A stretch of DNA of 54,358 nt, filler included, from Diploschistes diacapsis (Eukaryota), in the NCBI GenBank assembly GCA_023645945.1. It is 4 parts of 4 records of this genome, joined end to end, with 100 filler letters (N's around TTAATTAATTAA, not from the genome) between each part and the next. Parts side by side here need not be neighbours in the genome. Positions count along the whole stretch, not along the records: positions 1 to 13,529 come from JALAIB010000651.1; 3 more parts are not named here. One strand, written 5' to 3'. Positions 1 through 12,460 of this stretch are shown in pieces; positions within the stretch are counted from its first letter, which is position 1, and each line of letters starts with the position of its first letter. The notes beneath the pieces were generated by a model. It ran no database searches. It was not told the origin of the DNA and worked only from the letters and a program-made list of their open reading frames with translations. A program made the translations under genes and the position numbers.

Positions 1-386
1 GGTGGGGGATGTTAGCTTGTGCCGGAGGAGGAGGGGATGGCCCAGGCTCGATAAAGCGGTGGGAGCGTCTCGGTGCAGGGTGGAGAAGCTCACCATGTCG
101 GCTCCCAGCTTCGCGGAGGCATTGGCTGAGAAGAATGGAGCGCCGGTGTAACTGCGCTGTCCGTCAGCGGCCTTGTTTCCAAGTTACCCGTGAGCTGTTT
201 CACTTCTTGCTGCCTCCAATGACCGCTATCCGTCCTAATTGACCTACGAGAAATTAGTACATGATAAGTGGCGAGTCCGAGTGCCAACATACCCTTGTGG
301 AACTTCTCCAGCAGCGGCGGAACCACCATGCGGACTTTTTTGAGAACTTCTCTGGCGGCTGGGGAAATCATTGGGGGAGTTGACAT
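1..386 (-). CDS. NNR2: ATP-dependent (S)-NAD(P)H-hydrate dehydratase (YjeF C-terminal/carbohydrate kinase family), 3'-partial
   Basis: Hand-spliced exons read [64 protein letters not shown]. HKGxxGRxxVIGGS..YTGAP is the family signature. Intron 292..244 is GTATGT...TAG; the third intron runs off the contig start. Confidence 0.88.
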
Positions 387-858
387 TTCTTTCCTTTTGG
401 TTACCAAAATCGAGAAAGTGGAAATGTTTATTCAACTGGGGAATATTTGAGATGATATGCGGGCTGTTTGGGAGCTGCGGCTCGGTATGTCGAAAAGTAT
501 GATGTCACAACCTACCGATGTTATGCCCGAAGGGAACTGACGCAACTTGGAGTCTTCTACATACTAGGTATTCAGAGCACAGCTTGATTCCTTATTCCAC
601 AAGCAAATTGTGTTTTGAAATTCGTTTCATTCATCTACTATCCTGTCGACCCCTGGAAAAGACCCACAAGCTTCCACACAAGGCCTTTGCCCGGTCTGAT
701 GGGTATTTGCTTCGAACGCCGCTGAAGTGCTGTGCCATCCGAGGCATCTACCAACGCCATCAAATGCAGTTGTACATGCCCTTAATCAAAACGAGAACGC
801 TGGATATAAGAAGAAGAAAGGGAAAGAAACCTCGAATCTTCAACATTTTCTCTAGACA

Positions 859-3657
859 CTAGACTTGAGAGAGCGCTTTTCTGTTGTTGATTGGACGGGC
901 ATTGGCTGTCTTCAACCACTCGCCGTTGAAAGCGTTAATCAACCAATTAGATATGCCTGCAATTCATATTAGCTGGCATCTCAATAACGCGCCTTAATAT
1001 AGAAAGCACTTACGTCCATATACCATCTTATTGGCGTTGTGGAAAAAGATGCTGTGGTCCGAATCTGGGAAAGCGTGGAAATCGTAGTTTTGAATTCCCG
1101 CCAAATCAAGCTTGTCAAGCAGAGTGAGCGAGCTCTGCATGTGCACGTTGTCATCCGCAACACCGTGCATTAGCAAGAAGCGAACATTTGAGGAGAGCGA
1201 CTCCATGTTTGAGATGGTAGCGTTGTCGTACCCTTCTTTGTTATCCTGGGGCATGTGCATATAACGGTTGGTGTAGACGGAGTCATAGAACCTCCAGTCA
1301 GTCACTGGCGCAACTGCAACACCATATTTGAAGGTTTCACCTCCATCAGTTTCGAGGATCTTGAGGGTCAGAAAGCCTCCGTAGCTCCAGCCCCAGATGG
1401 CCATCTTCTCGCCGTCAACGTATGGCTTGGCTTTCCAGATCTTGGCCGCTTCGATCTGATCTCGCGACTCATAGTAACCAATATTATCGCGAATAGCACA
1501 CTTTATCTTGCGACCACTGAAGCCGGTACCACGTCCGTCAACAGTGACGACAACGTATCCCAGGTTAGAGGCCATGTATGATTGGAAATCGACCTGGAAG
1601 CGTCTATCAACGGTTTGGGAATTAGGGCCATTGTATAAGTGGAAAACTACTGGGTATTTTTTCTTTTCGTCAAAGTTCGGAGGCCGCTTCTCAACGACTT
1701 GTAGGTCGTTGCCGTCGATATTGACGGTCGAATAGATTTCTGTTGGAAGATCATGAGAAGCTTTCATATCAGCGAGAGCCTTGTTTTCGTTGATTGTCAG
1801 CTCAAACTTCTCATCGTCATCGTTATCCAGACTGTCAGTGCCAATGATCTTTTGGGTTGGAATATCAGGTCCTTTGTAGGTAAGAAGGGCATACCCAGAG
1901 CCGGTGGAGAAGGAGACATCGTAGTATGCGTCGACGTTGTCAGGCGTCAAGGCCTTCATATCAGTACCGTCCAATTTGACCGAGTAGACATGCCGATTGG
2001 TCGGGGAGCGCTTGGCCGCAACGAAGTAGACCAGATTATTCTTGAGATCGATAGACGAAGGAGCTTTCACAACCTCCCATTTGCCAGAAGTAAGATGGAG
2101 GGGCTCGGGATTGTCGACAGGAGTGAAGTAAGCCAGATGCAGATAACCGTCATTGATCACAGTATCGACGTATCCATCATGAGGGCGGCCGTTCGCAGGA
2201 TCGCTCGGAACGTACTGCGTAGTTTCGGACACCTCGAACCACCCACCGTCTTTGCCCTTGATGTCCACATCGCGAACAATCTTGCCAGTTCTGCGTCGGA
2301 CGTCGATCAAAACAACCTTCAAAGTGTCACTCTCACGATTAGCTTCGCGAACCAAAACCTTGCCATCCTTGCCAGCCCAGAGGACCTCGGTAATTAGCCG
2401 GTCATCGTCAGCGTAGTCACCGTCAATTTGGACATCGAAAACCTCCTTCTTCCTAACGTCGTAGAACTTTACGTTAACCACAGGATTAGGAGCAGCGGCC
2501 TTGGGATACTTGATTTGTCTGACTTCAGGGTATTCCGCCAGGCCCTCCTCGGGTTCCTTTCCGCTTGGACGAGATACGAAGTACTGCACCGGGTACTCAG
2601 GAACGGTAGTCTCATTGGTTCGGAGGAAAGCAATGTAGTCACCCTGCTCCGAGAACCATGTCGCACGCTCCATCTGGAAGACCTCTTCCTCGTACACCCA
2701 ATCGGGAACACCGTAGAACAGCTGTTCTCCTCCATCTTTAGTAATCTGACTAACCTCCTTTGAACCGATCTTGCGGAGGAACATGTTGTTGTCCCTAGTG
2801 AAGACTACAGAGTCTGAGGTTGGCGCCCAAGTAGCCAACTGGACACGGCCGCTGGGGTTCTCGGGGTCAAGAGGCTCGCCACTTTGAGTAGCGACGTCAA
2901 AAATCCAGTAAAGCCCTGTCGAAGAGTGCCGCCAGTTTCGAGTCCTGTCCGACTGGACAAGAACTTTCTTGAGATCTGGGCTTGGCCACACTTGGCTTGG
3001 GAAGATCATGATATCGTCAACCGTAAAATAACTGGACTTGATCAAGGTCTTTTGTTCGCTCGAATCGCTTCCCTCCTTTCGCGACCTGACGTCTTCAACG
3101 ACAAGATAATCCCGACCGTCTGAACCGCCCTGCTCCATGATCATGCCATCTTCTTTATCTGCGCCTTTGATCCAGGACACCTTTTTGTTTCTAGTGACCC
3201 ATTTGTAGCCCAGCACCTCGTCGAAAGTGACTGCTCTTGAAGGCTCTTTTGGTTGCGTCGTTGTTTTGTCGCCGGGTGTGGCGGACGGGGTAGTTGAAGG
3301 TTTGGAAGGCGAAACGAGAGTCGTACCGGATGTGCCATTCTTTAGGAAGAGAAACAGGGCGAGCAACCATCCTGCAAGACAAAATCCACACATTACCCAA
3401 AGAACCATCTTCACCGTTTTGCTTGGTCCCTTCTCTCCTCCTCTGTATGTACCTTCTGCGTCGTATTTTTCGTCACTCATTAAAGGGGTTTTTGGGTTTG
3501 TCCGAACACTGCTGCCATTCATGCTCATCTCGTTGTGCATATTCTCGAGTACGACAGAGGTCGAAGATATGGAGCTCACGGAGTCCATTGATCGCCGAGA
3601 CCTTGCCCCGGGACCCTCTTCGGGCTCATCCTTATACTGCCGCTGGCTCCGGGCCAT
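859..3657 (-). CDS. DAP2: Dipeptidyl aminopeptidase B (S9B/DPP-IV family, type II membrane protein)
   Basis: N-terminal TM anchor (VLWVMCGFCLAGWLLALFLFL), DWVYEEE motif, catalytic GWSYGG, HGVADDNVH and DSDH. Intron 1013..957 leads to last exon RISNWLINAFNGEWLK...SQV*. ATG 3657 preferred over the ORF-track start at 3717. Confidence 0.93.
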
Positions 3658-4481
3658 TTTGCTAAGTTCAAGGTGATTAAAGAATGTATCGAAAAGGGAG
3701 AAGGAGCAGTGCGTCACTACAGGATGTCAGACAGCCATCAACAGAGGCTATCGTGTAAACAGAAACAAGGAGAAGTGCAGCGTAGACGACAGTTAAAGAC
3801 AGTTTGCGATCTTTCTCACAGCCCGTTTCTTGAGAAGCTAAGTTACCAGGTGTCCAACATGTTGTCCTCCTGTTGGGGGCTGCTGTGCCTTTCCCCTTCA
3901 CGGTCTCGGCTACGGGACGTGGCTGAGGCCAGATCCATATTATTCAGCCTTACAACTTGCCGCTACAAGGCCGCTCCGCTGGTTCTTCATCATTTATACT
4001 CTGTATTGATACTGCCGAGTACAATACAGCAAATAGATAGGATACTACCAGCAGAGTATTCTCGAGATTAGCAAGAATTACGATTTGCAGGAGCATCATG
4101 CGTGGGGATAATGCGCGTTGAGCAGGATAGAAATGCGATTTTCTAGGATATTTTTGGGTATAAAATAAGCTTGTTCTGCAAGCTCTGTGAGCATCACAAA
4201 CACTAACCTTATCCGTGATATTCCTACCTCCGTACCTTGCAAGGTCTCCGACCGGTGCTCACGCCTGAACAAATTTGATATATTCTTTGGAAGATCGCGC
4301 ATCAATTTATGCTCTGGGCTCCGTAGTAGTCGAGCCTTTCTGCGCTTACCAGCTTCTGGTCGATGTTTCTGCACGTATTAAAGCCTCGCTCTTGAGGTGA
4401 AGTCACGCACAAGCTGGCTGCGAGCCTGGAACTTTTGATAAGCGGGCCCTTGTTGATGATCCCATTCCCAATCCAATGCCC

Positions 4482-5150
4482 TCAGGATAGTGTACTGGAT
4501 ATGCGTCAGTAAATCAGAATAAGAAGGCCAAATAGACAATACCCCAAGAAGTCTTCCTTAACGCTACCTATGGCAAAGATGCTCCCAACATCGCTTCTCA
4601 AGCCAATAATCTTAACCCGTAAATGAGTTCCTTTCTCAATGACTTGATCGGCATTATCCGTGTACTGTGGAGGCGTCGCATTTGCATCCCACTTGATCTC
4701 CGCCGGAATCAACTGGAAATAACGGATGAGAGAACGATTTGGAAGTATATGTAGAAAACCTTACATGAGTAGACACGAAAATGGGGAGAGGTCCCACGTC
4801 CGCAAATACACCCATCCTGTTGACAGAACTGACGATGGCATCGACCTGGACAAAGGGCTGAACTTAGTGGAACAAGCGGAGAAAGACCCAACTTAACCTA
4901 CCGTTTCGCCTTTGAATGGACGCCATACCACAGTACGATAACGTACTATATAATTTGCAATCCCTGTCCCAGGCATCACCCTGCCTTCAGAGATTTCGAT
5001 GATGTCCACCACACAGATGATGTAGTATTGCCCATTACAGGTTCCTTCCACATCAGCAAGTAACTTATCTTGCAAGCGTTCGTTGACACGGGGTCCGAAG
5101 AACGAAGGATGCAGGCTGATCGTTCTCTCGAGCTCGTAGAGGAAGAACAT
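4482..5150 (-). CDS. RPB7: RNA polymerase II subunit Rpb7
   Basis: Four exons: MFFLYELERTISLHPSFFGP...WRPFKGET / VDAIVSSVNRMGVFADVGPLPIFVSTH / LIPAEIKWDANATPPQYT...FAIGSVKEDFLG / TLS*. Confidence 0.95.
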
Positions 5151-5963
5151 TTCGGTTCAACTGATTAGAAGGCTGTAGAGATACCGAACCTTGCCCAAGG
5201 CGAAAAGCTCAAAAGTAGTGCTCGCTCACGGGACAAGAGGGTTAAGGGCCAAAGAAGATAACGTTCCGGCTGGCTTCAGCCAGATAAGTGCTTGTATATT
5301 TATGCGTAAATGGCATTCATTTCCGCGCGTCCTGCAAATGATATTGCAATTTGGAGCAAAGCCAAAATTAAAGAGCGACAGCTTCATGGACCTTCGCATC
5401 AGCAACGGTCCAGACGCTTCAAGCGCTAGACACATACTGTACTTGTGAAGCGCAGGAAGCGCGAGAGTGAAGGGATGCAGATCCTCTTTGTCTGCCAGAT
5501 GCCGTAGACGCGCTCTATTTTTCCAAGACACCCTTTTCCGCAGTGACAAAGCCTTTTACAAAGACTCGAAGGGTCGAAGGCGCAAATGAATGTCGGAACC
5601 GAACACTGCAGCCTCCCAGCCCTGAAGGCTATCTAGCAGTGTTGTAGATGTGAAGGGTTTTTTTTGGAGGCGCAGTTCTGGCTAGCCACGGGATGAAATA
5701 TTATCCTGCCGAGCGTATGCCTACCAACGAGTTCAGAACGCCACAGTTACAGTTACCCAGAGGTTCAAGCCACACACTGGCTTCTCTCGGTTGGAGCTTC
5801 GGCCATAGGTCAGTTAACACGACGTAGGCGCCTGGCACTGAAGGTGACTCTTCACTTCATTTCAGTTTCGTAGAAGATCCATCAACGGTTCTGTTATTTG
5901 ATTGATGAACTTATGCTAACTTGATTGAATCGTGACGGTTGACACCTTCCTCAAGATTTCCAA

Positions 5964-6712
5964 ATGGCTCTGAGCCTTGAGAGACACCTCATTTTCGTAA
6001 GCCCTTGATGTCGTGTGCGTGCATGTACAAGACTTAACAGCGTAACAGTATGGCCAGTATCATCATGACCCTGTCTGGCCCATGCCCCAATGCCCACATG
6101 GCATCATACTGACCCAGACAGACCAATATCGCCATCCACACCGTCTGTGTACCAGCAATCCTCTTCACAGCCATCCTCTTAGTACGCTGCGAAGCCCTTC
6201 AACCTCTCAACAAGTCCCCTAGCTCATGAGCATCTCAGGCCACCAACACACGCTCCCTCTGGCCCGTCCCAGACTGGCTCGAAATCCCCAACCTCCCGCC
6301 CAACCTGGGCACAATCGCCGGCTTCATTTATGCAACACTCTACGTCCTGATGGAGCCGGTGGCCGGTGGCATCATTGCGCCAGTACTTATTGGCGTCACG
6401 GCCCTTTCCAACTACCTCACAACCAACTATGCCCAACAGGCCAATATGTGGGCTATCGGCATCCAGGTAGTATCTTGGGCAGCTCAGTTCTTGGGACATG
6501 GGAAGTACGAGGGAAGGATGCCGGCGCTGGTGGATAATATCGTACAGGCGTTCTTCCTGGCGCCGCTGTTCGTATGGCTGGAGGTGCTTTTTCATTTCGG
6601 GTACAGGGAGGAGTTGAAAGAGAGACTGGATAAGGAGGTGGAGAAGGAGATTGCAAAGTTCAGGCAGGGGAAGGAGGCGAATGGGGCTGCGAAGAACGGT
6701 CAGGCCGAATAG
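5964..6712 (+). CDS. MPO1: Mpo1/DUF962-family membrane protein (2-hydroxy fatty acid dioxygenase-like)
   Basis: Four exons: MALSLERHLIF / YGQYHHDP / TNIAIHTVCVPAILFTAILL / ATNT...WAAQFLGHGKYEGRMPALVDNIVQAFFLAPLFVWLE. YxxYHxxPxNxxIH and QFxGHxxxEGRxPAL motifs are present. Confidence 0.88.
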
Positions 6713-7009
6713 TCGGTCTGTATTGGAGCTACTTGTACACATTCTTGTTTGACATGATTTTGTGGGAGCGTTTTGGCACGCTGGGCATTCAGTACTCTGA
6801 TTGATTTGGACTGGGCAATCTCGGGCGTAATTGCAATGTTTGCTCCCTTTATACGCCACATGATTTGTGGTACGGAAAATCGCTGATGTCAATCTAGCGC
6901 TTGGGTCAAGAAAGCGTTTCCAATCAGTTCATCTCCACTGTTTATCCAAACGCCATGCTCATTTCAATTGCGCCAAATGCATCTCAGTTCATAGTATGCG
7001 CTGCACTTT

Positions 7010-8191
7010 TCATGCCCTCTTCCTCAACACTCGCCTACCTGTAGTAGGTTGTTCAGCCTTTGCTGCTTCTGTCTTCGTCTTCGGCGCTACGACTTTCTTA
7101 GCCGCTGCCGCTGCTGCCGCCCTCTTTCCAGTTGTCGTCGCTGCCAGAGCTTTGCCAACCCGCTTGACTATCGTAGTACCGGTCGAAGTACCGGAGGCAT
7201 TACTACTGGCGCTTACAGTGCGTTTCTGTGTAGTAGGTGCGGCCACAGGCGCGACTCCTCGCTTAGGACGCGTAGCAGCTGGCTTAGGTGCAGCAGCCTG
7301 TTTACTAGTTTTCCTCGTGATCGCAGCACTGGTGCCAGCAGTACTGCCTATCGCAGGCTTTGCACTCTTGCTGTTGACCATGTTGGCAAGGCCAACGGTT
7401 GCTGCAGCTGCAGCGGCCTTCATTGGCGAGACTGGCTTCAGCGGGGACTGAGGGTGTAATGGCATCTGTACTTTTCCTGGGGAACCAAACGGTGGGCGAA
7501 TGGGCGACTGAGGTAGCGTTCTTGAGTTTGACGATTTAGGCGAGAGAACCGTTGAGGGATGTGGCGCTCGCACTGTGGTCGTGTCTTTGGCTCGCTTCTT
7601 CGGCATGGGTACGGCAATGGATGGATCGGGCGTGTTTTCCTTATCAGCACCAAGCATTTCCTCGCTGAACTTCATTAGCAGGTGTAAGATAAGCAGAATG
7701 GCTGTACATACCTAGTTCGCTTCAACGCTTTGGGCTTGGCTGACGCGAAAGTGACTGCTGCCTTTGATGGGCCGTCCTCCTTAACAGCAGTCTTCTTCAG
7801 AAAGGTCTTGCTTCGCGCCGGCTCCTGATGGCACTTTTGACCCTCGACATATTTTTGCAATAATTCTGCCATATTGGCCTTTCGTAACGATATTGGAATG
7901 CGATTGACTCGCAGCTCGACCCGAGTCCGTAAACTCTGGGCTTGTAAGGCGTATTGTGCACGCAGCTTTCTGGCGCGTTCGGTGACTGTATGTTGTCAGT
8001 AATTTCCAAGCAGTAAACAGCCTCGACTCACTCTCTAATTGTAAATTATCAATCAGAGCCTGCTTCTGTTTTTGTGTAATTATTGGCCGTTTCTTCACAG
8101 GACTCCGGTCTCGTGTTCGTGCTGGTGACTTCGTAGCATTTGAAGCTGATGATTTGCGGCTATTAGTAGACTTGATAGGAGCCATGGTCAT
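7010..8191 (-). CDS. Borealin/Nbl1 N-terminal domain protein (chromosomal passenger complex subunit)
   Basis: Spliced ITQKQKQALIDNLQLE-ITERARKLRAQYALQAQSLRTRVELRVNRIPISLRKANMAELLQKY matches the fungal borealin N domain. Followed by a K/S/P/A-rich tail with SP sites and a DKEN motif. Three exons. Confidence 0.85.
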
Positions 8192-8326
8192 AAAAATTGC
8201 GTGTCAATATTAAGATAAGCTTGTGAAGCAACAAGTTGTTGATAAGCCAAGAGTTGCCGCGCTCTACTCTTGCTCTAATAGTGAAGCCGAGATATGTAGA
8301 CACTTTGTATCGGCTGCCCGCTCAAA

Positions 8327-8333
8327 GTAAACA
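8327..8333 (+). promoter_or_regulatory. Forkhead consensus GTAAACA in the borealin/RPN10 divergent promoter
   Basis: Exact motif about 135 bp upstream of the borealin ATG. A 7-mer can occur by chance. Confidence 0.3.
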
Positions 8334-8612
8334 AAAAACGATCCTCTAGCTTTTGTGCAATTTTTATGCGATAACGAATAAATTTATGCCAGATACCTCC
8401 CATAGTAGTCGCTGCATCTTGTTCGCTGAAGAGCTTCATTGAGCTTTATTCTTTGATATCTAAATTCTTACAAGCTTCCCCTGTAAGATCACCTTCTACA
8501 TTCTTCGCAGTACTCAACTACCTAAAGTCAAGCCTTTGACAAAGCAAAATAGCTGCATACAAATCCCCCCCCACAAGGTCTATACGGTCTGCTATAGACA
8601 ACAGGTCTCAAG

Positions 8613-9668
8613 ATGGTGCTTGAGGCTACTATGATAGTGTACTAACCCTCATCTTTTGCCCAATAGCTACCGCTAATCTCATATAGGGTGGACAATAGCG
8701 AGAGTAGTAGAAATGGCGATTATGTGTGCGTTAGTATAGCGTCAATGGAGAGCGCAACTGACATCTTTTTCAGACCGTCAAGATGGGACGCGCAAGCAGA
8801 CGCTGTCAACATGATCTTCCAAGCCAAAACGCAAGCAAATCCCGAATCATCTGTTGGACTTATGACCATGGGGGGGAAAGGGCCCGAAGTTCTCGTCACT
8901 CTCACCACTACAGATCTTGGTAAGATCTTGGATGGCATGCACCGAACAAAAATACAAGGCCACTCTCATCTTGCCACGGGTATCAAGATCGCCGGGGTAT
9001 GTTCCGTTGGCACTGTATGACCGGGTTGCAAGTTGACAGACTCGCAGCTCGCACTCAAGCATCGCCAAGAAAAATCACAGCGCCAGCGCATCATCGTCTT
9101 CACATGTTCACCAATACGCGAGGAAGAGGCGGAGCTTATCAAGCTGGCGAAAATGATGAAAAAGACAAATGTATCGGTAGACTTTGTCGCCTTCGGCGAT
9201 CTTGCAGCATCGAATACGAAGAAGCTAGAGGTTTTCAATGAGAACGTCAAATCAGGCGATGGCTCACATCTAGCAATAATACCGCCGGGTCCCATGCTAA
9301 TCAGCGATCAACTAATTTCAACGCCAATATTAGGAGGCGACGGCACAAGCACAAGGGGACAAGACGGAGCTGCGAGCGGCGCTGAAGGTGGTGGTGGTGG
9401 AGACAGTTTCGAGTTTGGCGTTGACCCATCCGCTGATCCAGAGTTGGCGTTGGCGCTAAGGATGTCTATGGAGGAGGAAAGGGCGCGGCAAGAGAAACAA
9501 GAGAAAGCAAAACAAGCGGCGTCGAAAGATAAGATGGAGGGCATACCAGAGGAAGGTGGAGAGAATCAACCATTACTAGATAAGAACGGAGAGGCCAGTG
9601 GAAGTGGAGGGGCAGACCCATCGGATGGCAAGAGAGACGAGGATAAGGATAGAATGGACACGGCTTAA
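8613..9668 (+). CDS. RPN10: 26S proteasome regulatory subunit Rpn10 (VWA + UIM)
   Basis: [34 protein letters not shown]...; LALKHRQEKSQRQRIIVF; EFGVDPSADPELALALRMSMEEE. Four exons. Confidence 0.97.
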
Positions 9669-10053
9669 ACCTTTCCACGGCAAGCGAGCATTTGACGTCA
9701 ATATTTAGAATTTTCCCTCATGGGTTATCTGAACTTGGTATCTACATGATAAATGGCCACAAATCTGTGTGTAAAGTGCCGAAGTACCTAAGCTCAAGAT
9801 TATGCAAGCTTCGCTATACTATGCCTCCACCCCTTCAGCAGCCCGTACGCAAGAATGTGCTGCCTTGTCTGCTCAAATGAGTTATCCATCGCCAATTGAA
9901 GTCATTGTCATGATGGGGTGAGCTTCCCTGTTAATAGCAAGCATGATCCGCATCATAGTGGGAGCCTTGCTTGATGATATATGCATGGCACTGAGTAATG
10001 TGCTGCAATCGTTCCGTTTGTAGTAGCAAAATCGATACGATGCTGACACTGGT

Positions 10054-10813
10054 TCATTCCGTGAAGTTCCTCATCTTGGTGATCTCATCCAAGACCTCCT
10101 GCAGCTCGGAATCTGAGATCTTGTTCGCTAGACTGGCGACAAGCGTCTTAGCTTCCTCAGCTGATTCGCAACAAAGGTTGCCTAGAGAGAATTGTGGTTA
10201 GAACCTACTGTTCACGTAAGCCTAGAGGTAGTTAAGTGCTTACCGAGTTGCGAACGCTCGAAACGCTGGAGTCCGGTCTGATCGAGGATCTTTTCGACCG
10301 CGGCGATGTTTTCCTTATTCTTAAAGCGAGAAAACATCTGCAGGTAATCCTCGGTCTTGAGAAGGATCCTATAATCACTCACGTTAGCTCACAGTACTTG
10401 CGCCAAGCGGTTCAAGGGGTGTTCACGTACTCTGAGTCCGGCATTGGCTTTCCAGACGCAACACGCTTTTCCTTGACTGCATTCACAAGCAGTCTAACTT
10501 CGGAGTTCGAGAGAGTTGGGACGTCCTCGAACTCGCCGAGCTTAAGATCTGCGGCCGCTTCCTCATCGCCCGCCGCCCTCTCCTTGGGACGGGTGCGAGG
10601 CTGCTGGGACGCCATTTCGGGGTCGGGCGGGTCGTCCTCGAAGATGAGAGCGCTAGGGTCTTTAGGCACAGACTTGGGCGGCTCAGGAGGAGGATAATGT
10701 CTCAAATCGACCTGGGCTTTCGGCGTGGTGGTGGCCCAGGGATATCCGTAGTCGGTAGTAGGGCGCAGGTCAGCGGGAGTATTGCTTTCGGAAAGACGCT
10801 TTGAATTCGACAT
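10054..10813 (-). CDS. RPB4: RNA polymerase II subunit Rpb4 (start at 10813 or 10615)
   Basis: GDEEAAADLKLGEFEDVPTLSNSEVRLLV / ILLKTEDYLQMFSRFKNKENIAAVEKIL...FERSQL / GNLCCESAEEAKTLVASLANKISDSELQEVLDEITKMRNFTE*. Three exons. Confidence 0.93.
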
Positions 10814-12460
10814 CTCGCGGACTTTACTTCGGCTTTACGCCGTGGCACGTGATCGATATATCTCTTCAACTGTAGAAAGGATATGAAGCTGAATTTAAAG
10901 GCTTCTACAAGCAATCCTACTTGGCTTGTTTATCTATTCGACGTCTACCATGTAATGTGTTCTGAGTTTCGCTCACTTTGTTTACTGTAATGATTTCACT
11001 TGTAGTTTATTGAATGCAGGTTCGACACCAATGTGGATGTGAGTGTACATGGCACGATATTTCCAGTAATTTGTTATAGTCTGTTTGAGTTATGATTTCG
11101 ACATGATAAAACCCAGGGTATATTGGCATTAACGTTTTTATTGATGTTCTCATCCGGCTCCCTCTTTATCAGCAAGTTTATCTTGGTTTTACACTATGTT
11201 TCACTACTTGCTCCTTCCTTGCCACTGCTCAGCATAATTCTTTGGGTCTCTCAGGACATTGATGCTCTCCTTTCAGTGGACAGATGGGAAACAGTCCATT
11301 TTTATGGACTCAGTGTGACTCCATAATATGGGTTACTTTTGCACCGTTCTTTCTCTGCCTGTCCTGAAGTACATACTTGACAATCCTGAGCGTGTCAACA
11401 GCAGCGGTGCAGCTGTATTGGACATGTTACTGAATCACATCCCTCGTCCCTCGTCCCATGGTTCCTAGAGATGGCATTGAAACAACATCCTGAGTAGTCC
11501 CTATAGGGAGAACCTATGAGATACTGGACTGTTGCTGGTACATTCAAGGTTGTTTGGCCCAAGAGGCTCGGTTGCGGTAGCAAAGCCAAGTGTCTCCCCT
11601 AATAGAATGCTCCCGCTGCGTCTTTCTTCGCTATCTTTCAGTGGTTTGCTTCCTACATTGTAATGCTGGCTGCAAAAAGCATCCACACTAATGGAATATA
11701 CTAGAATCATTGTCTTAGACGCAAGATTCGAGAACACTTATCCCAGCGCTGAAAGATTATCGGGCCCAACTGGTAGCTTGATCTATATTGCAGAACAGCC
11801 CGAAGTTCCTTGAAGGCCACTCAACTACCGTCCGATGTTGTCATCCCGCCCGGGATTGGTATAATCTGGTGAAAGTGAACATGGCTGCGAGATCATGAGC
11901 TCTTTGATTGACAAGCTTGCATGCTAACTCAAAATGTCATTTTCTAAGTACTGGCTAGTCCAATAGACAACAGTCGCCGATACCCCACGTCGACAAACTT
12001 AAGCTGTTGAAGTGCCTAAGAAAAAACAACCGGAACAAGGCTTTGATCTTATATTCTTTGCAGAGATACTAAACGTCTTGCGAGCAGGTCTTCACAGAAA
12101 TAGCTCCAGGTTTGACTTAATAAGCAATCAGAGCTTATAGCGCGCTTCTCTCAACTAGAGAAGAAAGCCAAATGATGCTTCTAGCGAAGCATGATAAATA
12201 GAGGATTTATCCAAAGGCATTGAACATTAGAATACCTAACCTTTAGATTCGCCTTCGACTTAATCCGACCTGCAGCATGAACTGATTTTCTTCCCTAACA
12301 AGAGCCAAGCTAAACTTTTTGGTCAAGCAGTTACCCCAGTCACCTCGACCGGTGGCATTCGTGGGCTATGCTTTTACAAACTTCTAAATACCTCCCCTTC
12401 ACTGGATTCCGTACGTCCACTTAGTGCCGACATCGCGTTTTACGCCCACCTATCTCTCCT

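Noticed and set aside
1255..3676. Long plus-strand ORFs opposite DAP2, and similar ones opposite myosin, the Rad60-like gene and the peptidase
   Set aside because: Antisense shadows of real coding sequence, without motifs.
11016..11032. GCAGGTTCGACACC as a tRNA T-arm
   Set aside because: No pairing stem, A-box or cloverleaf. No tRNA, rRNA or snoRNA could be supported anywhere in the window.
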